Notes under the pieces: model-generated
The model's input: the letters and a program-made list of their open reading frames with translations, nothing else
Database searches by the model: none
Told to the model about the DNA's origin: nothing
In this document: one piece after another, positions 1-14,800 of the stretch
How positions within the stretch are numbered: the first letter of the stretch is position 1
Layout of the letters: each line of letters begins with the position of its first letter
Made by a program: the position numbers and the translations under genes
Assembly: GCA_039621445.1 (NCBI GenBank)
Contig: CP154954.1
Coordinates: forward strand, 8,062,634 to 8,126,633
Reading direction: 5' to 3'
Length of the DNA: 64,000 nt
Source of the DNA: Euglena gracilis
Lineage: Eukaryota

Positions 1-212
1 TTCCTTGTAAAGGATAATCAAAAAAATTGGTTGTTACTCAAAAAAAGCATAAAGAGAAAATGATTTCAAATGCTCGCACACGTCTCAAAAAGGTATTTAA
101 TCATTGTTAAATGTTAAATTTTCAAATATCCAAACATACGTAAAAAAGAGAATGTCAGATTTTTAATGATCGTTGTATCGATCTTTCACGGGACGTTTGC
201 GGGGCCTCGGAC

Positions 213-2639
213 CTGCTGCATCGGGTCCAGCAGATCCTTTGCGAGGCAGGCGGCGGGCGGCAGGAGTGCTTCGAGCAACGCCTCAGCCACACCACTGCTC
301 GTAAGAGGAGGGGGGAGGGTCTTCAACTGCGAATGATTCAGGCAAACTCGGTGCCAACGATGGAGAACAATGAGGCAGAAACATGCAAAAGGAGGTTGAT
401 GGCACCCAAACAACGGAAGGAAAACGCAGGACCCTGTTGTAAGGATGTTCGGTTTCTCTTGCCCTGTGTATCCCTGTGTAGCCCCCGAACGTCCCTCTGA
501 CTTGGCATTCCAGTCATCCAGCGTCTGGGTGTGTGTGCGACTCCCGTTTATTTCTCATTTGTCAGTATGGGGACCATCTTTGGGCTGAATCCACCAGAAA
601 ATGTATCCCTGAAAAAGGATGTTTTCGGCTGTTCATCCGATTCCTTCAAAATTCATCCGGCAACGCACCGCAGAAAAAGGCAAACCCCCCAAAAAGGCCC
701 CCGGAGCAGCGGGGGGGCCACCACCCCCAGGAGGTGCTCCGGGGCCTCCGCCATCCGCTCCAGCGCCTCCGCAGAGATCAGGAACGGGTCCCGACCGAGG
801 AGGCCTTTCAGGAACCACACGTCTCCCTGAGGGGCAAGGTTAGGGGTTCCCGTCATAACCGCAAAGCAACAAAAGGAGCAGGAAACTGAGAGCCGATGTT
901 GCAAAGTTGGCGAAGCGGGTCGTTGGCCATTTCCTTGGAGGAGGAAAAAAACGTACCTCGGCATCACCATCACCATTCCATTACCGGGCTCAGTTAGATG
1001 AGGCAAAGGCTTTTGTTTTGTCTCGAAAGTGCCCCTCTCACCCAAAACCCCAAAACTGTCACCCAGCAGGTCCGACAGGACGGGGACCCCGACAGCCTGA
1101 CCGGTTTACCTGGCGTTCTCGAGCATGATAGTTTCCCAGGGGGGGGGGGGCAACCAGTCGTTTGGGGAGTGGTCCCATAACTGCAAAGTCGCTAATTCCA
1201 CCGATTTTCGTTGGGTCCTTCAGAGATCTGCACAGTGTGCAGAAATGAATATGATTCGACTCTTTAAACCCCCCCCCTTGTCTTCCAATCCGTGTCCTAC
1301 GATGCGGCCAACAACCAGGGATGGGGGGTCGCCAACCTCCTGACCTGCCAAGGACCAAGAGTGTGGTCATTCACATGGGGTGGTAATAAGACAAAGGGGG
1401 AGTAATGCACAAACGTGCAGATGCGCACAGAGATAGACACACTGCGCTGCAGGAGGAAGGAAAAAATGCACGTTTGCAGGGCGCAGACTTCAAAACCGAC
1501 CAAAAAGAGCCGAAAGAAGCATGGACGAGGTGGTGTAAACTGCCCAACTCTTCGTGTGCATTCCTAACTCACTTTATTTGGGCCAGTTGCAGGTTACTTT
1601 CAACCCCCCCATGATGATTTCGAAGTTGAAAATGCCCAAATAGAAAAACTCAAAGGAAAACATCAAATCCCTTCCCCATCTAAAAAATCCAGTGCAAAGC
1701 GCCGTAAATTTTCGGCTACACCCATCCACACCCAAACTGCAGGGAATTCGGCCCCAGAAGGTTGTTGGGACGGCTGGTTTGGTGGGCTGAAGGTGTGCTT
1801 TTGGGGGGGGGGGTTGATGGTCCGGAATCGTTCGTCAAATCTGACTCAAAACGAAACAAAAGGCCTTCTCGTGGCATTTTGGTCGGTTTTCATGTCCTCC
1901 TCCCCCCTTCCCCAGGGGGGCCCACGGCACGCCTTGGCCACCGCCTTGCAGTGGACCAGCACGAGGCACGCCAGCGCCGCCTCCGGGCGGGACGACGCCT
2001 TGCGCTCACAGTCGCCCAGCAGCTGCTTCAGGGCCGGCACCGCCGCCTCCAGCTGCGGGGGGGGGGGGGGGCGGCGGTTGCTAAAACAGCTGATGTTCAC
2101 CTCAGACCGGGGGGTCTGAGATGAACCCCCCGGTCAAGACAAGGGGGTGGACCCCAGTTAGACAAAAAGTAACCACGGCTGGCGTATATGGCCTTCTTGG
2201 GCTGTTTTCGGCCATTTTCTGGCCGCTTTTTGGCCACTTTTGACCATTTTTGGCGGGGGTGAAGTGCGCCGGCCAGCAGGGCGAGGCACGCAGTCAGCAG
2301 GGATGTGACCCGCAACCGATTCCGTGACTCGACACAGGGGGTGTGCGCTCCGATCCAGAGGAATTGGCGGCCCTGCGCTATACCGTTGGTGGCAGGTGTC
2401 CATTGGATGGCGACCGGGAGCCCCATGCAGTGGGATCTCAAGGCTGCCACCAGGATGTCAATGCAGGGGACACGGCATAGAACTTTTAAATTGAATGCCA
2501 CCAACTGACAAACCATGTGCCTGAAATATGTGTCTGGGCCCCCCAAACCCAGAATTCAATGCACACACACGCGCGCGCGCGCGCACACACACACACGCGC
2601 GCGCGCGCACCGAGCACTCAGTCACTTGCACCCACACCC

Positions 2640-2685
<46 letters not shown>

Positions 2686-5600
2686 CACACACACACGTAC
2701 ATGCAGACCCACCTTCTTTGGCTCCGCCCCCGCCGCCCGCCCGGCGAAGCGCAGCGCCAGCCGGCGCACCGCCTCGTCGTCGTAGGCCAGCACGTCCTTC
2801 ACCGCCACCCCCGCGTAGTCTGGCACCGCCCCAGCTGCCTCCACGGCCGCCAGCAGCACGTCGTACGCCACCAACCGCACCTGTGTCACACCATCCGGGG
2901 GGGGTGAAGACAACGGCTGCTGTCACTCCCCATAAGATGTGTGCTGCAGTGCCTGTCAAGCCACCACAGGCAAGCAGCAGCGGAGGCAGACAGCTCGAGT
3001 ATCTCGCACGTGCTTCACACGCATATTTCACTTTTGGGGGCCAAAAATTGCACAGGTAGTGTTCTGCATCAAAAATGTGTGCGTGAATGTTTTTTTTTGG
3101 AGGCATTGGACGCGGAGGGGGAGGGGTGTTTGCACGTGCAGGGGTGTGTTTCACTTCGCACCTCCGCCGGAGCCCCAGTCACCGTCGGCTTCAGAGCCGG
3201 CAGGACGAGGCTGGCCGCCAGGGGCTTCAGGGCTGCCTGCACGACCTCCGCGGTTGAGATCAGGTTTCTTCGAGGGATGAGGCGGGGGAGAGGGTGGGAC
3301 CGCATTGGGCCAAACCGGTGTGGGGTTTAGTCAGAGTTGTAGGAGATGACTTTTGTAGGTCAGTCTTTATTCAGCCTCCTCCTCCCCTTGGGGGGACAAC
3401 AAACGATTTGTTGCATCCTTGACCACCGTCCTCGTGCCAGCACCGACGAACGGGGGGGGGGGCTTAAAAGGGGCCAACCGAAAAACCGCCTGGCCGGGGC
3501 GGCCAGCCCGCGGCGCAGGATGGCGGCCAGCAGCCGCAGGCACGCCACCTTCTCCGGGATGTCCTTGCAGCCGTTGAACGCCGCCACCACCTCCCGGAGG
3601 GCCTCCTGCGGGACCCAGCACAGCGGTGTGGTGCAGCGATGCCAGCGTCTGGTGCCTTTCCCTCCACACAATCCGGACAAAAATGGTGGGAAACCAGAAA
3701 GACGTGGAAAAGTGGGAAGGACGACTTATGTTTCTCGACTCTTTATATATCAGTTCATGGCGTTTTTGGGGAAAATGCATCGGCTGTTTGGAAGAATTGT
3801 TTTCAGTACAAGCACAATGAATCCTGCCGTTTCCCCCACATTGTTTTTTCTGCCTCTTTCTCCGCTCGGACGAGAGTGTGAGAGACAGATATACACATAC
3901 ATGCGTATAATATATATATATATATATATATTATATATTATATATTATACATATGGGCATTTGATGATTTTCTCATAACTTTTCAGTTGTCATTTTTTTG
4001 AATTATGCCAGAAAAAACTTCCTTTTTGTCTAAATGCCAACTCCCCTTGAAAGCAGCTGCCAATTTTGTCCTTGTGTTTCTTCATCGTTTCGCTCTCTCT
4101 CCCTTGGGTACGAAGTGAAAGAGACCCTTGAGGGATACCCCAGCCCCAAGCGCTGGAAAAAATCAGAAGGCTTCAAACATGCCTTTTAAAAAATCGTGTT
4201 CTCAAAACCTCTGTTTAAAAGAGAAAATATGTTAAACTTTTCAGCAAAAAGTGCAAATTTGGTGGTCCCGGATACTCCCTCGGTCACACCAAGGGTCGTC
4301 CCAGGTCTCCCCTTGGTGAGTACACGCGACGTTGCACCAACATGACGATCATTACAGGTCATGACGAAGTTGTTTGCACGCATGCACACAACACTATGAA
4401 AAGGACCGAGATGCATGCATGGACCTTGGAGTCACTCTGCGGAAACCAATCAATCACATTTTTTGCTCGAAGAAATAAAAAAGCCAGTCCGTCACTACCC
4501 CCCCCCCCCGGGGGCACTTTGGGGTCCAGGGGAGATTGGCCACAAATGTGAAGAAAATGGCCTTTAAAAAATCGGTGCCTTCGGCGCCGGGTCACCTCGG
4601 TGTTTATTGCCGACCCCCCACCCAAGGGGAGGGGTGTGGGCCGAAACCCAGTCGGTCACTCTGAAAACCCAGTCAGCCACCCCCTCCCTGGGGGGGGGGG
4701 GGTCGGCCCGTGACCAAGTGATTGTATGCCACAGACCCATGCCCAGAAGGACCAACAACACCCGGCACACACCGCCGCCAGGTCGGGCTCAGCGGTGGCG
4801 CAGCACAGGGTGAGGCAGGCGGCGCTGGCCACGGCGCTGATGTCCGCCTCCCGCACCCCCAGGGCCAGGGGCCGGGCGAGCTCCTTCGTCGGGGGAAGGC
4901 CTTCGCGGGGTCAGCACTGGGCGGGGGATCGTCTGGCAGCGTTTCCGTCGTTGGTGGCTGCTTGCTAGAAGAAGCCACCCAAGGTTTTTTCCCGCACTTT
5001 TTGTCTGATCTAATTACATTGTATTATTTTTTACACACTTTGATTACATTATTTTTACGCATAGTTCTCATGCACTTTGCTCCTATTTTTTGGTATTATT
5101 TTTAATTACTATCTGTCGTTTATCATTTTTATTCCCGCATTTTCAGCCCCATTTTCCAATTCTTTGTTCCTGTCATTTTACCCATAAAAACTTCCTTACC
5201 AGCTGGTCAAGGTCGAAGGCCCTTCCTCCACAGGGGGTCCTTCAGCCTGGCCCAAGTGGGGCCCATTGCCCACCCGCCTCCAGCGAAGGCCAGGGCGGGA
5301 GGCTCAGCAGGGCGGGGGGCAGGGCTTGCAGCACGGCGGCCACCGCGGGGATGGTGCCGTGCGACGCCTTGCGCAGTGCCTGAGGGGGCGGCGGGGGGGG
5401 GGGGGGGCGAGGGCTTGTGCCGGGTGATGTGCCCCGTGTCAAACTTCCGTTCTCGAACGTATATGGGCGGGTGAGAAATCTGGGAAAGGAAATTGGCCGC
5501 GCCGCAGCTCGGGGTGGGCCGACCGGCAACGCTACCCCCCCCCCAAGCCCCGCCAGAGTTCGGATGGCAAACTCCCTGGGAGGCCTCTTTCAGCCGGTAC

Positions 5601-7615
5601 GGGACGAATTTGGGGCGGGGGGTGTGTGTCCGTGCGACTAACCGCCATCGGCCGGGACGCGCGGCGCGGCCCCGGGCCCCCAGACCGCGGCCCACACACC
5701 TGCGCCATGCCGGGCAGCAGCGCCGCCGCGTACTGCGCCGCCGTGACGGCCGCCCACGGCCCCGGGGCCGCCGCCACCCGCCGCCACACCGCCCAGTCCG
5801 CCGGCCCCTTCGTGTGCTGCAGCGCCGCGGCGACGCCCGCCAGCAGCGGCGCGGCGGCGGCGTCGGCGTCCGCGGGGGGGAGCCGGCGGGCGGGGGCCGG
5901 GGGCAGCAGCAGCAGGCACGCCGGCAGGAGGCGGGGGCAGGGGGCTGTGTTTACCGCAACACGCACACCAGAGGAAGCAGGAGAGCCAGGAACGTCGGTT
6001 TTGTTTAAAAATATTTATATATACATATATATTGTAAAATGTAAAAATATGTGATAACAAAAAGTAATAAAACAAAACAATATGTATCAAATTTCAACAA
6101 AAATATCGAATTTGAAATTTACGTTCAAACGAAAAATGCAAAAAAGTTCAATTTTCAGAAGCGGGACTTGTAAAGAAAACCAGCCATGTGGTAATGTTCT
6201 TCTTCAAATAGAGGGGACATCCTGGAGAAAGCAATGTAATGAAAATGGAAACAAAGGAACAGAAGCCACAATACAATCACAACTTTCACAGGGAGGATAC
6301 AATTCTGGGGTGGATGGCGATATGGAGAGGAAAATTGCTGAAAGGGCACTTTGCTTACTGCTTCTCAATCTCTAAGCAGGTTCAAAAGCAAAGAAAACGA
6401 ACAGAAATGAATACCGGTAACAAAACAAAAGCAGGCAATTCCTTCAGAAAAAAAAAACATTTCTTATGCCCATTTTTGACATAAACTTCACCCTTTGATT
6501 GACAAAGGAAAGCGACGATCCGAACATGGGTTGTTGAGGAAAGGTGACCCTCCTTTGGGCACAAGCAGGGTCCCACCTCGGACCCGCTGTGGCCTCCGGA
6601 GGTCAATAATTGTGCCATACTCAAAAACAGAGCCCTGCTCGGACCGCGTCCGCTGGGTCTGCAGCTTTCACCTGATGGGCAAATGGTGGGGGGGGGGGGG
6701 GCTCCGACAACACCAGGTCTATTCCTTCTCACAGAATCAACAGAGATTGAAACGCCTGCCTTGGATCAAGGGCGATGCAGCGGCACCCACCACCCACCCA
6801 CCCATTCGCAACCAGGGGGGGGGGCCCCCCCCACCCACCCACCCCCTGGGGGGCCCCCCCCAGGGAGGGAGCGTCCTGGGGGACCCACAAAAAAATGGCC
6901 GAAAATCGCGAAAAGTTCTAAAATGGCACTTTTTTGGCGCCTTTGGCGCCGAAAAGTATATCCTCAACCGCCTCCGGGGGCCACCCCCCCCCCGGGGGGG
7001 GCTCGGACCGACCCACCCACCCTACCCCCCCTCCCCCCCCCGGGGGTCCACGACTAAAAAAAACCCCTGTTCGCAACACATCGCATGGCGCGCGCACACC
7101 ACTGCCACGGCGTAGGGCACCAGCTGGGGACGGATGGCAAAGAGCTGCGCCGCGGGAGCCGCATCGGAGCCAGGCTGCACTGGATGAACCACCGTTCAAA
7201 AACCCTGCTTCAACGCAATACAGATAAGACGGACCGCCATCAATCTGGACAGGAGTCATTATTATTATGGCTGGGGGCGGGATCGTTGTAGGCTTCAGGT
7301 ATGGGTAATTGGGATGGCGTCCAGGGCGGGGGACGGCGCGGCGGGCGAGTCTTTGGGCAGGCGGCGGGGCGGAGGGCGGGCGATGGCGCGGAGCAGAGCG
7401 GCGACGTAGCGGAGCACCTGTGCCAGAAGGTCACTGCGGACGGGGGAGGAGGGCAAATGGGCGGGTTCCAGTGAACACAGGCGTGAGTGCAGCTTGACCT
7501 GCTCGAACAGACACGTTCATGTGTGTATGTGTGTGTGTGTGTGTGTGTGTGTTGTGTGCATGTGTGTGTGTGTGTGCGTGCGTGCATGCATGCGTGCGTG
7601 CGTGCGTGCGTGGGG

Positions 7616-7665
<50 letters not shown>

Positions 7666-7667
7666 AG

Positions 7668-7706
<39 letters not shown>

Positions 7707-7887
7707 TGTGTGTGTGTGTGTGTGTGTGGTGTGTGTGTGGGTGCGTGTGCGTTGTGTGCATGTGTGTGTGTGTGTGTGTGCGTGCGTGCATGCGTGCGTG
7801 CGCGTGCGTGCGCGGTGCGTGCGTGCGTGCGTGCGTGCGTGCGTTCCAGTGAACACAGTGCGTGAGTGTGCGTGCGTGCGTGCTTGA

Positions 7888-7929
<42 letters not shown>

Positions 7930-9758
7930 TGTGAGTTGTGTTGCAAAAAAAAGTGCGGAAAGGGAAAAAATGCAGAAGATTCCGGGGAAATTGCGGAAAT
8001 TGCGGAAAGATGTGGAAATTGCAAAAATAATTGCAGACATCAATTCCTCCATTCAGATATTCAACAACCCTTGGTGTTCAACAACCCTTGGTGTTCTGGT
8101 GAACCAGTGTGAAATACAAAAAAATAAGACAATAAAACCATTTTGCTGCAACATTGTTTTCAAAAATTTCTGAAATACAATAACGGTAGACTGGAAACAA
8201 TCCAACACCTCAGCCCTCGCCTCCGGGCCCAGGGACTCCGGAGCGAACTGGTCCCGTCCGAGAGCGAGCACTGCCGCCTTGCACAGGTGTTCTGCTGCAC
8301 CGTCGATGGCCGCGGCCTTGGTGACCACCTGGCGCATATTCGCAAATATTTGTCTGCAATATGTGTGCCTGCGTGTGAGTGTGCATGTGCACCTGTGCGT
8401 GTGTAAGTGCCTCTGTGCATTCGTGTGTGCACGTGTGCATGCATGTATTATGTGTGCTCTCGTGTGCTATGTGTGCGCAGGCGTGCTTGTGTGTGAATGC
8501 AGATGCGCACGTGTATGCGTGACTGTGTTATGGATGTGTGTGGGTGCTTCTGAGTGTGCTCACACCATTACCAGGGTGTGTGATTGTGTTGGTGCGCAAA
8601 AATGAACCAATGAGCCGTATGATGGAGGAGAGGTAGTCAATCTTTCGGGGGACAAGAAAGAATGAGCCCGACAACTTGTCATTTGGAATTGCATCTCTTT
8701 CAAAGAACTTGCTGACCAACATGTGTCAAACTGTTCAAGTTTGGTGTTGTGAATTGCACTTGGTGGCAATAAATGGTGGCAATTCGCACCAAATGATCAC
8801 ACCAAATCAATTAACCTTTGGTATCCCAAATGGTTGCATTTGGCCGCAGATGAGTTGGGCGAGAATCAAATGCAAGAACAGTTCGACGCGATTCCTTTGC
8901 ACTTCATCTCTAAACTCATCAAGGAAATTCACAGTGAGGAGCTTGCGGGAAACGCAATGAATCTTGTGCAAAGATAGAATTACGTTTCCAATCAAATACC
9001 CACCCTGCCAACATTCAGCTGCAGGCGGCTTTCACAGGATACATTCCTAAACCCTCTGTGGAGGGGTTAGAATTAGCACCCATATTGAAGCGCCACAGAT
9101 TGAATGTTTGGACTGAGGGGGGGGCTACGTCTCACAGTGGGCACCTGCTCCAGCAGATGCCGGGTGCGGCGGTCGTGGGTGTAGCCGAGCACCGAGGCCA
9201 GCACCACCCCCACCACGCCCTTGCCCTCGTCGGGGCTGAGGGCGGTGGCCTGCTGGACGAACGGTGGGGGCAGGCCTTGGGGGTCGGCTAAATGGACACG
9301 TTCAAAACCCCTCGGGCTTTTGTCCATTACAAACCCCAGGGCTTCTATTGGGGGGAAGGGTACGTTGTTAAGCCAGGGTATTTTTGGAAGTATTTTTTCA
9401 ATGAAAAACCACAAAAAGTCACCCAGAAGGCCAATTTGACCATTTTTGGGAATTTTGGGTTGCCTTTTTTGCTGGAAAAATTTCATCACCAGTGGGAAAA
9501 ATTACCACCGTTTTCCATGAAAAGTTGGACTTCTCATCATTAATCTTTCCAAATCGAAATTTCCCATCAGTTTTTCCTGGCAATTTTTTCCCCATCGTTT
9601 TTGGTTCCCGTCATTTTTGTCCAGACTGTAGATGGGCCTCCCGACCCACACTGTATTGGGGTCCCCAGAGGCCTGGGCAGGAGGGTGGCCTGGACCACGC
9701 CAGCACGGACCTCTTTGGAGGTGGAGGTGAGCTGGAACAGCACCTCCCCCCACTTCAT
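213..9758 (-). CDS. GCN1: GCN1-like (ILITYHIA) HEAT-repeat translational activator, 5' portion, multi-exon, continues past window start
   Basis: ATG at 9758 behind a C-rich tract and AG (9771-9772). Exons joined in frame include 9679-9758, 9145-9265, 8209-8328, ~7313-7417, 7100-~7170, 6641-6671, 5700-5932, ~5285-5379, 4773-~4890, 3496-3605, 3162-3255, 2713-2880, ~2260-2465, 1933-~2055, ~710-826 and 213-~300. The N-terminus MKWGEVLFQLTSTSKEVRAGVVQATLLPFVQQATALSPDEGKGVVGVVLASVLGYTHDRRTRHLLEQVVTKA resembles the GCN1 N-terminus as I recall it (TxS..R ... Y.D..sR). Downstream exons are helical and Leu/Ala-rich. Some boundaries are approximate. Confidence 0.6.
6813..7069. mobile_element. hAT-type MITE inside a GT-AG intron of the GCN1-like gene
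   Basis: CAGGGG...CCCCTG ends; TSD TTCGCAAC at 6805-6812 and 7070-7077. Confidence 0.85.
7520..7930. repeat. (GT)n/(GCGT)n compound microsatellite
   Basis: Direct inspection. Confidence 0.95.
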
Positions 9759-10974
9759 GGCGTGGCACGGCTGGTGGGGGGGGGGGGCACGGCAGGGGAG
9801 GGCGGTCATGTGTGGTGCGCGGCGACGTTGCAACACGTTCCACAATTTTACCGCCCTGAAAAGTGTTCCGAGTGAAACCACAACAAGACCTCCCTTCCAC
9901 CCAGGAAAGTATCACCTGACAAGCAAGCCAGCCTAGGTGGTAACTTCAAACTCCCAACAACATGACAAGTCGGCTGGTCCGGACCCCTGGCCAGGCGGGA
10001 ACCTCACGAGAGGGGAGGGGCAACTTCTGGGGAGAAACAGGAAGCCGTTCCTAGCACATAGCAGTCTGACAGACAGTTCACACTGGACGATTCACTAGAC
10101 CTTCACCAATTATGGGACTGACCAGTGATGGGACTGCCTGCGTGCGCCACCTGTGGAACCTCAGGGAATCTGGGATCTGGAGAAAAATGTGGGAGAAAGG
10201 TCAAGGAGCTGGAGGAACATGAGTCCCATTTTTCAGGAATCCAACATTCATGCTGAATTCTGAAAGCTTTAAAAGTAAAAAAAATATATACTTTATTTTC
10301 ACCGGCCAGACAATTTTCATTCGATGCCTGGATGGCCCGCCTTTGGAAAATAGAACCTTAAAAAATCTTCAAATGCCTCAAAATACTTTTTAAAAAATAC
10401 CTTTTAAAATGCCTTGATTTTATTGAAAATTTTCGGCTTAAAAAAGACTGCCTGCCACCGGAAAAATAGCCAAAATTGACAGCCTCCAAGGCGACAAATT
10501 CCCAAGGTAGGCAACACCACCACAGGGGTTCACAGGACAGGGGAACACTCAATTACAAAATTAGGAATCCCGTGGAGGGGGGGGAGCAACTACAAATCAG
10601 CCATTCTGGCAAAATTGCCAGCTATGTTTGTGTATGGGTCTTTGGGATGGGGTTCTAGGGATTTGATTGGTTCAATGCCAAAAGGGATGCCAGGGGGTGT
10701 TTTCACGAAGCTATCCTTCACCTCTGCAGCCTCTGGCCTTTGAAAACGTTCACTCGGGAATAGTTTTATCAAATCGTCATAAATAGTTTTGTAACAATTA
10801 TATGTGAGTGTCTGTGAGGCTTCATTTTCAAAAGCCCTGAGGGAGGGGAGCGCCTCAACCCCGGGTGTGCCTGAAACGCTTGGTGGGGGTGGTTTTGGGT
10901 CCCAAATGGACCTCTGAGCACAGTTGAGAAAACAGCATGTGAAGGAAGGCGCCCGCACAGACACACACCTGGAG

Positions 10975-11106
<132 letters not shown>

Positions 11107-11835
11107 ATACATGCAAACACACAGTCAGACACATGTGGACACACAAGAGCGAATTTCAGACCCAATGGGGGGGGGGGCAACACCAGGTGCTATGCCAATT
11201 CAAGGATCTCAACCCACCAAAAAAGGGAAGGGTCCGGCGTTGTGCAAGCAAGTGCAGAGGAATGATTCAGTGTGAAGGGCCGGATGCGGTCAGTCCTGGC
11301 CTGGCTGAGACCGGAGCAGTGACAAACCCGTTCAATAGGGACGAAAGAAAGAAAGGAGTGAGTGGAGAGGGAGGGGGGGGGGGGGGGGGCGGGCGGGAGC
11401 AGAGATTCACGTCGGGACTCCCGGGGAGGGGGTGGGCATATTCCCCCAGGCGGCAACCCACCCGCCCACCCTTTAAAAACCCCAGCAACCCACAACCCGC
11501 CCCCCCCCAGGGGGGTTCACCCACACACTCAACAATCAAAAAATCCCCCAAAATCATTCAAAATCGGCCAAGAAACCGTTTAAAATTCTCCTGGCCAACC
11601 TCGAAAGTGCCCTACCCCCCTGCGTGCCCCCCCCCCCCCCCCCGCGGCGGCCCCCGCCCTTCCTAAAAAAAAGCCTGGCCCAAACCCACCCACCCACTCT
11701 CAAAAAAACCGCCCACCCAACCCTGGGGGGGGGGGGGGGGGTGGTTAAACTAGGGTTAAGTAAAATATGGGCGGGGGGGAGGCAGCAGTGACATGTGTGG
11801 TCACGCAGCACAAGGGGCCAGGATGGGGGGGGGGG

Positions 11836-14800
11836 TCAGCGCTTCTTCCGCTTCTTCTTCTCCTTGGACTTCTTGGCCTTCTGCTCCTTGCGGCGCTTCT
11901 TCTTCGCCCGCCGCTTGCGGTCGCCACTGCTGGAGGAGCTGCTGGACTCGGTCCATTCGCCACTGCAGGGCACGCGCGTGCACACACACATACACACACG
12001 CGCGCGCGCGCACGCACGCACACACACGCACGCGCGCGCGCGCGCGCGCGCACACACACACCACACACACACCACACACACACACACACACACCCAACAC
12101 ACACACACACACAGGTGCCTCGTTGCTGCTTTTCAGTTAGGGGGGGGGGGTGTCCGGGGTCCCCCAATTGGTGGGGGGGGGGGAGCACATTGGAAGTCAG
12201 GTTTTAATGAGTTTCTGAGAGGTTTATATATTATATATTTATTTTGTTTCAGAAAACCCAAAAAAGCCAAAAAAAACGAGCATTATTGGCAGGCTTTGCC
12301 CTACCCCTGCCCAAAGCACCCACCCCCGCAGGGGGTGTGAATTCCCTTAAAAGAAGCCGTTGAGGGTCCAAAAAAAACTTTCACCTAGTTCAGGTCAGCG
12401 GGAGAATTCTCCATGATAGCGATTATTGTCACACCCCCATTGTCTTCGACACCCAGAATTGTGCATCACCCATCCCAACCCCGACAAGCTCCCACAACAG
12501 TCGAACGTACCTTCCCCACCCGGCCTACCCATAACAACCGTGCGACCATCATTAAAAAAAAAAGCACCCACCTTCTGCTAGCTAGTGCTGCTCAGCAGAC
12601 CCCCCCTCCTGTGGGGGGGGGGGGGGCCACTGGATGCTCCACTGGCCATTGTTTGCACTAGCTGCAGTCAAGCCCCCCCCCCCCCCGGGAGGTTCAGCAA
12701 CCCTTATTGAGAAACCTGCCCACCATAGAGACCATATATAGAGTTTCCAGAAGTCGCATTCAACCCTGCGAGGGGGGGCCAACCGGGTGGGGCCAAGCTG
12801 CCTTCAACAGCCCAGGGGCCAACGGGGGGGGGAGGGTCAGCAGTGGCCTGCTTAGATGCAGAGCTGGAGCTGGAACCGGAGCTGCGGCGGCGCTTCTTGG
12901 CCTTGTCCGCCTTCTTGCGGCGCGCTGCGCCGCTGCTGGCAGGGCCGCCCGGGGGGGGGGGGGGGGGTGGCTGTGCGCCGAGTGCGTAGACCCCAGGTGG
13001 TCATCCTTGCATCGCCCAATTCCATGTAGGGAAGGCGTGGTGGGGGGGGGGGGCGAGGCTTCAAAGTTCCAACCATAAAGTTTCCGGGGCAAGGCATTGG
13101 TTTAGGACCCCCCCCCCCCCCTCCCCGGGGGGGAGGTAGGGGGTCTGGACCAATAACCACGTCACTCTGAAAAATCACTCACCCACCCTCCCCAGGGGGA
13201 TCGGCCAGTGACGAAGTGATTGTATGTTCTGGGATCGAGAACGCCTCTGCTAGCTCTCACTGCTCCCATCATCCGAGCTGCTGCTGCTGCTGCTCCGTCG
13301 TCAGCCTCAGAAGGGTGGGTTCTAGTGCGGCAAGACGAGGCTTCTCAGCTTTTTACAGGTGTACCGGTGGATCGACTTTTACCTATACTTTCTGGTTTTT
13401 TTGCAGATGGTGAAAAATTCCACCAAAATAAAAAAAATTATCTGATGTGTGGTACAAAATCTTGGTTCGATAATCTGGATTGATTCAATGTTTAAGATAC
13501 AAATGTGGGTGTGGGTGTGTGTGTGTGTGTGGGTGTGCATGTGTGCAGGCGCGCGTGCATGTGTGTGCGTGCGTGTGTGTGCGCGCGTGTATGTGCAAAT
13601 GTGTGTGTGTGTGCGCGCGCGCGCGTGTGTGTGCGTGCGTGCGCATGTGTGCAGTGTATACTCAAAGCCAGGCCTATTGCAGTTGACGTGGATACTCTTC
13701 TGCAAATTGTCACCAAAGGGTTGGGTACCACAGACCAAGATGACAAGTTCAGGGTCTGAGAAAAACAACCTCTCGTGTGACAGAAAATCTTCACCCCCTT
13801 GGCTGGATAATTTGACACCAAAAAAAATTCAAACCCACATTTTACGCAGTTGCCGTTTCTTTAGCCTTCAGTTCATACAAAAGTTGAATTTTATTGTAGT
13901 GTTTTTGTTAAAGAAAAAATGAACATTCCCATGAGAAATATCAAAATATAAGATATAATAACATAAAACACAAAACATCTATACTAAAACTAATAAAATA
14001 CTAAAATATCAAAAATATACAAGACATCTGCAACCCTCATGCTTGCCGCCTTCTTCCGCCCCCCCCGCTACCCTTTTTTAAATTCAATCCAGGCTTTTCC
14101 TCCCCCCCCCCTACTGCTTCAGAGGCACCCCCAAGGAGTTGGCCAAAAATACCGTCCCCCCCCCCAATTTTTGAATTATTTGGCTGCCGGAACCCAGGTT
14201 CTGGCTGAATTCAGGGACCGAAAGACAAGTGGAACCTCGGGGCCCAATGCGTCTGGGGCGTCTGAGGCAGCAGACCGGGCCCCGGTCCCCACCCCACCGC
14301 CCTGGCCGCTTCAGGGGCTCCGGGATGAACACCACCTCCGTGCCGTCCGCGTCGTCGGGGACCGCCGCCCGGGGCGGCGGAGCCGGGGGCGAGGGCGGGC
14401 GGCGGGGGCACGGCTGCATGTTGGCCAGGGGGGGGGGGGGCTGGTTCAAAAAAATATTCCGCCGCCTATCCTGGCCCTTGTACGAGAAGGCCCAGTGGGG
14501 TGGGGGTCGACCCCCACACCATAGATTCACTTACTGACCCGGGGGGGGGGGGGCGTTTTCCCGGGCCTTTGAGGGTTGGAGTCCCCCACCCCCAACGAGG
14601 CCTTCCCAAATTTCTGGGGGTGCCGACTGTTAGGTCAACGTTTTCCTTGTGTGGTGCTGTGCTGGGTGTGTGGCATAGATTCATAGAAAGATGGATGGAC
14701 AGGCTACCAAATGGGACTTTGCAAGGGGCGATTCCTTCGGCGCCACCGTAAAACTGGGAAGCAGTGGGTGACCCCCCCCAACCCCACCACCAGATGGGAC

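Noticed and set aside
7240-8052. Long ORFs over (GT)/(GCGT) tracts (also 34025-35000, 11745-12340, 13379-13922)
   Set aside because: Microsatellites lacking stop codons; intronic.
8600-9050. Protein-like balanced-GC stretch in a GCN1 intron (similar ones at 9960-10240, 21580-21860, 22150-22660)
   Set aside because: Stops in all frames and no motif I could recognise; probably old transposon debris, not assignable without a search.
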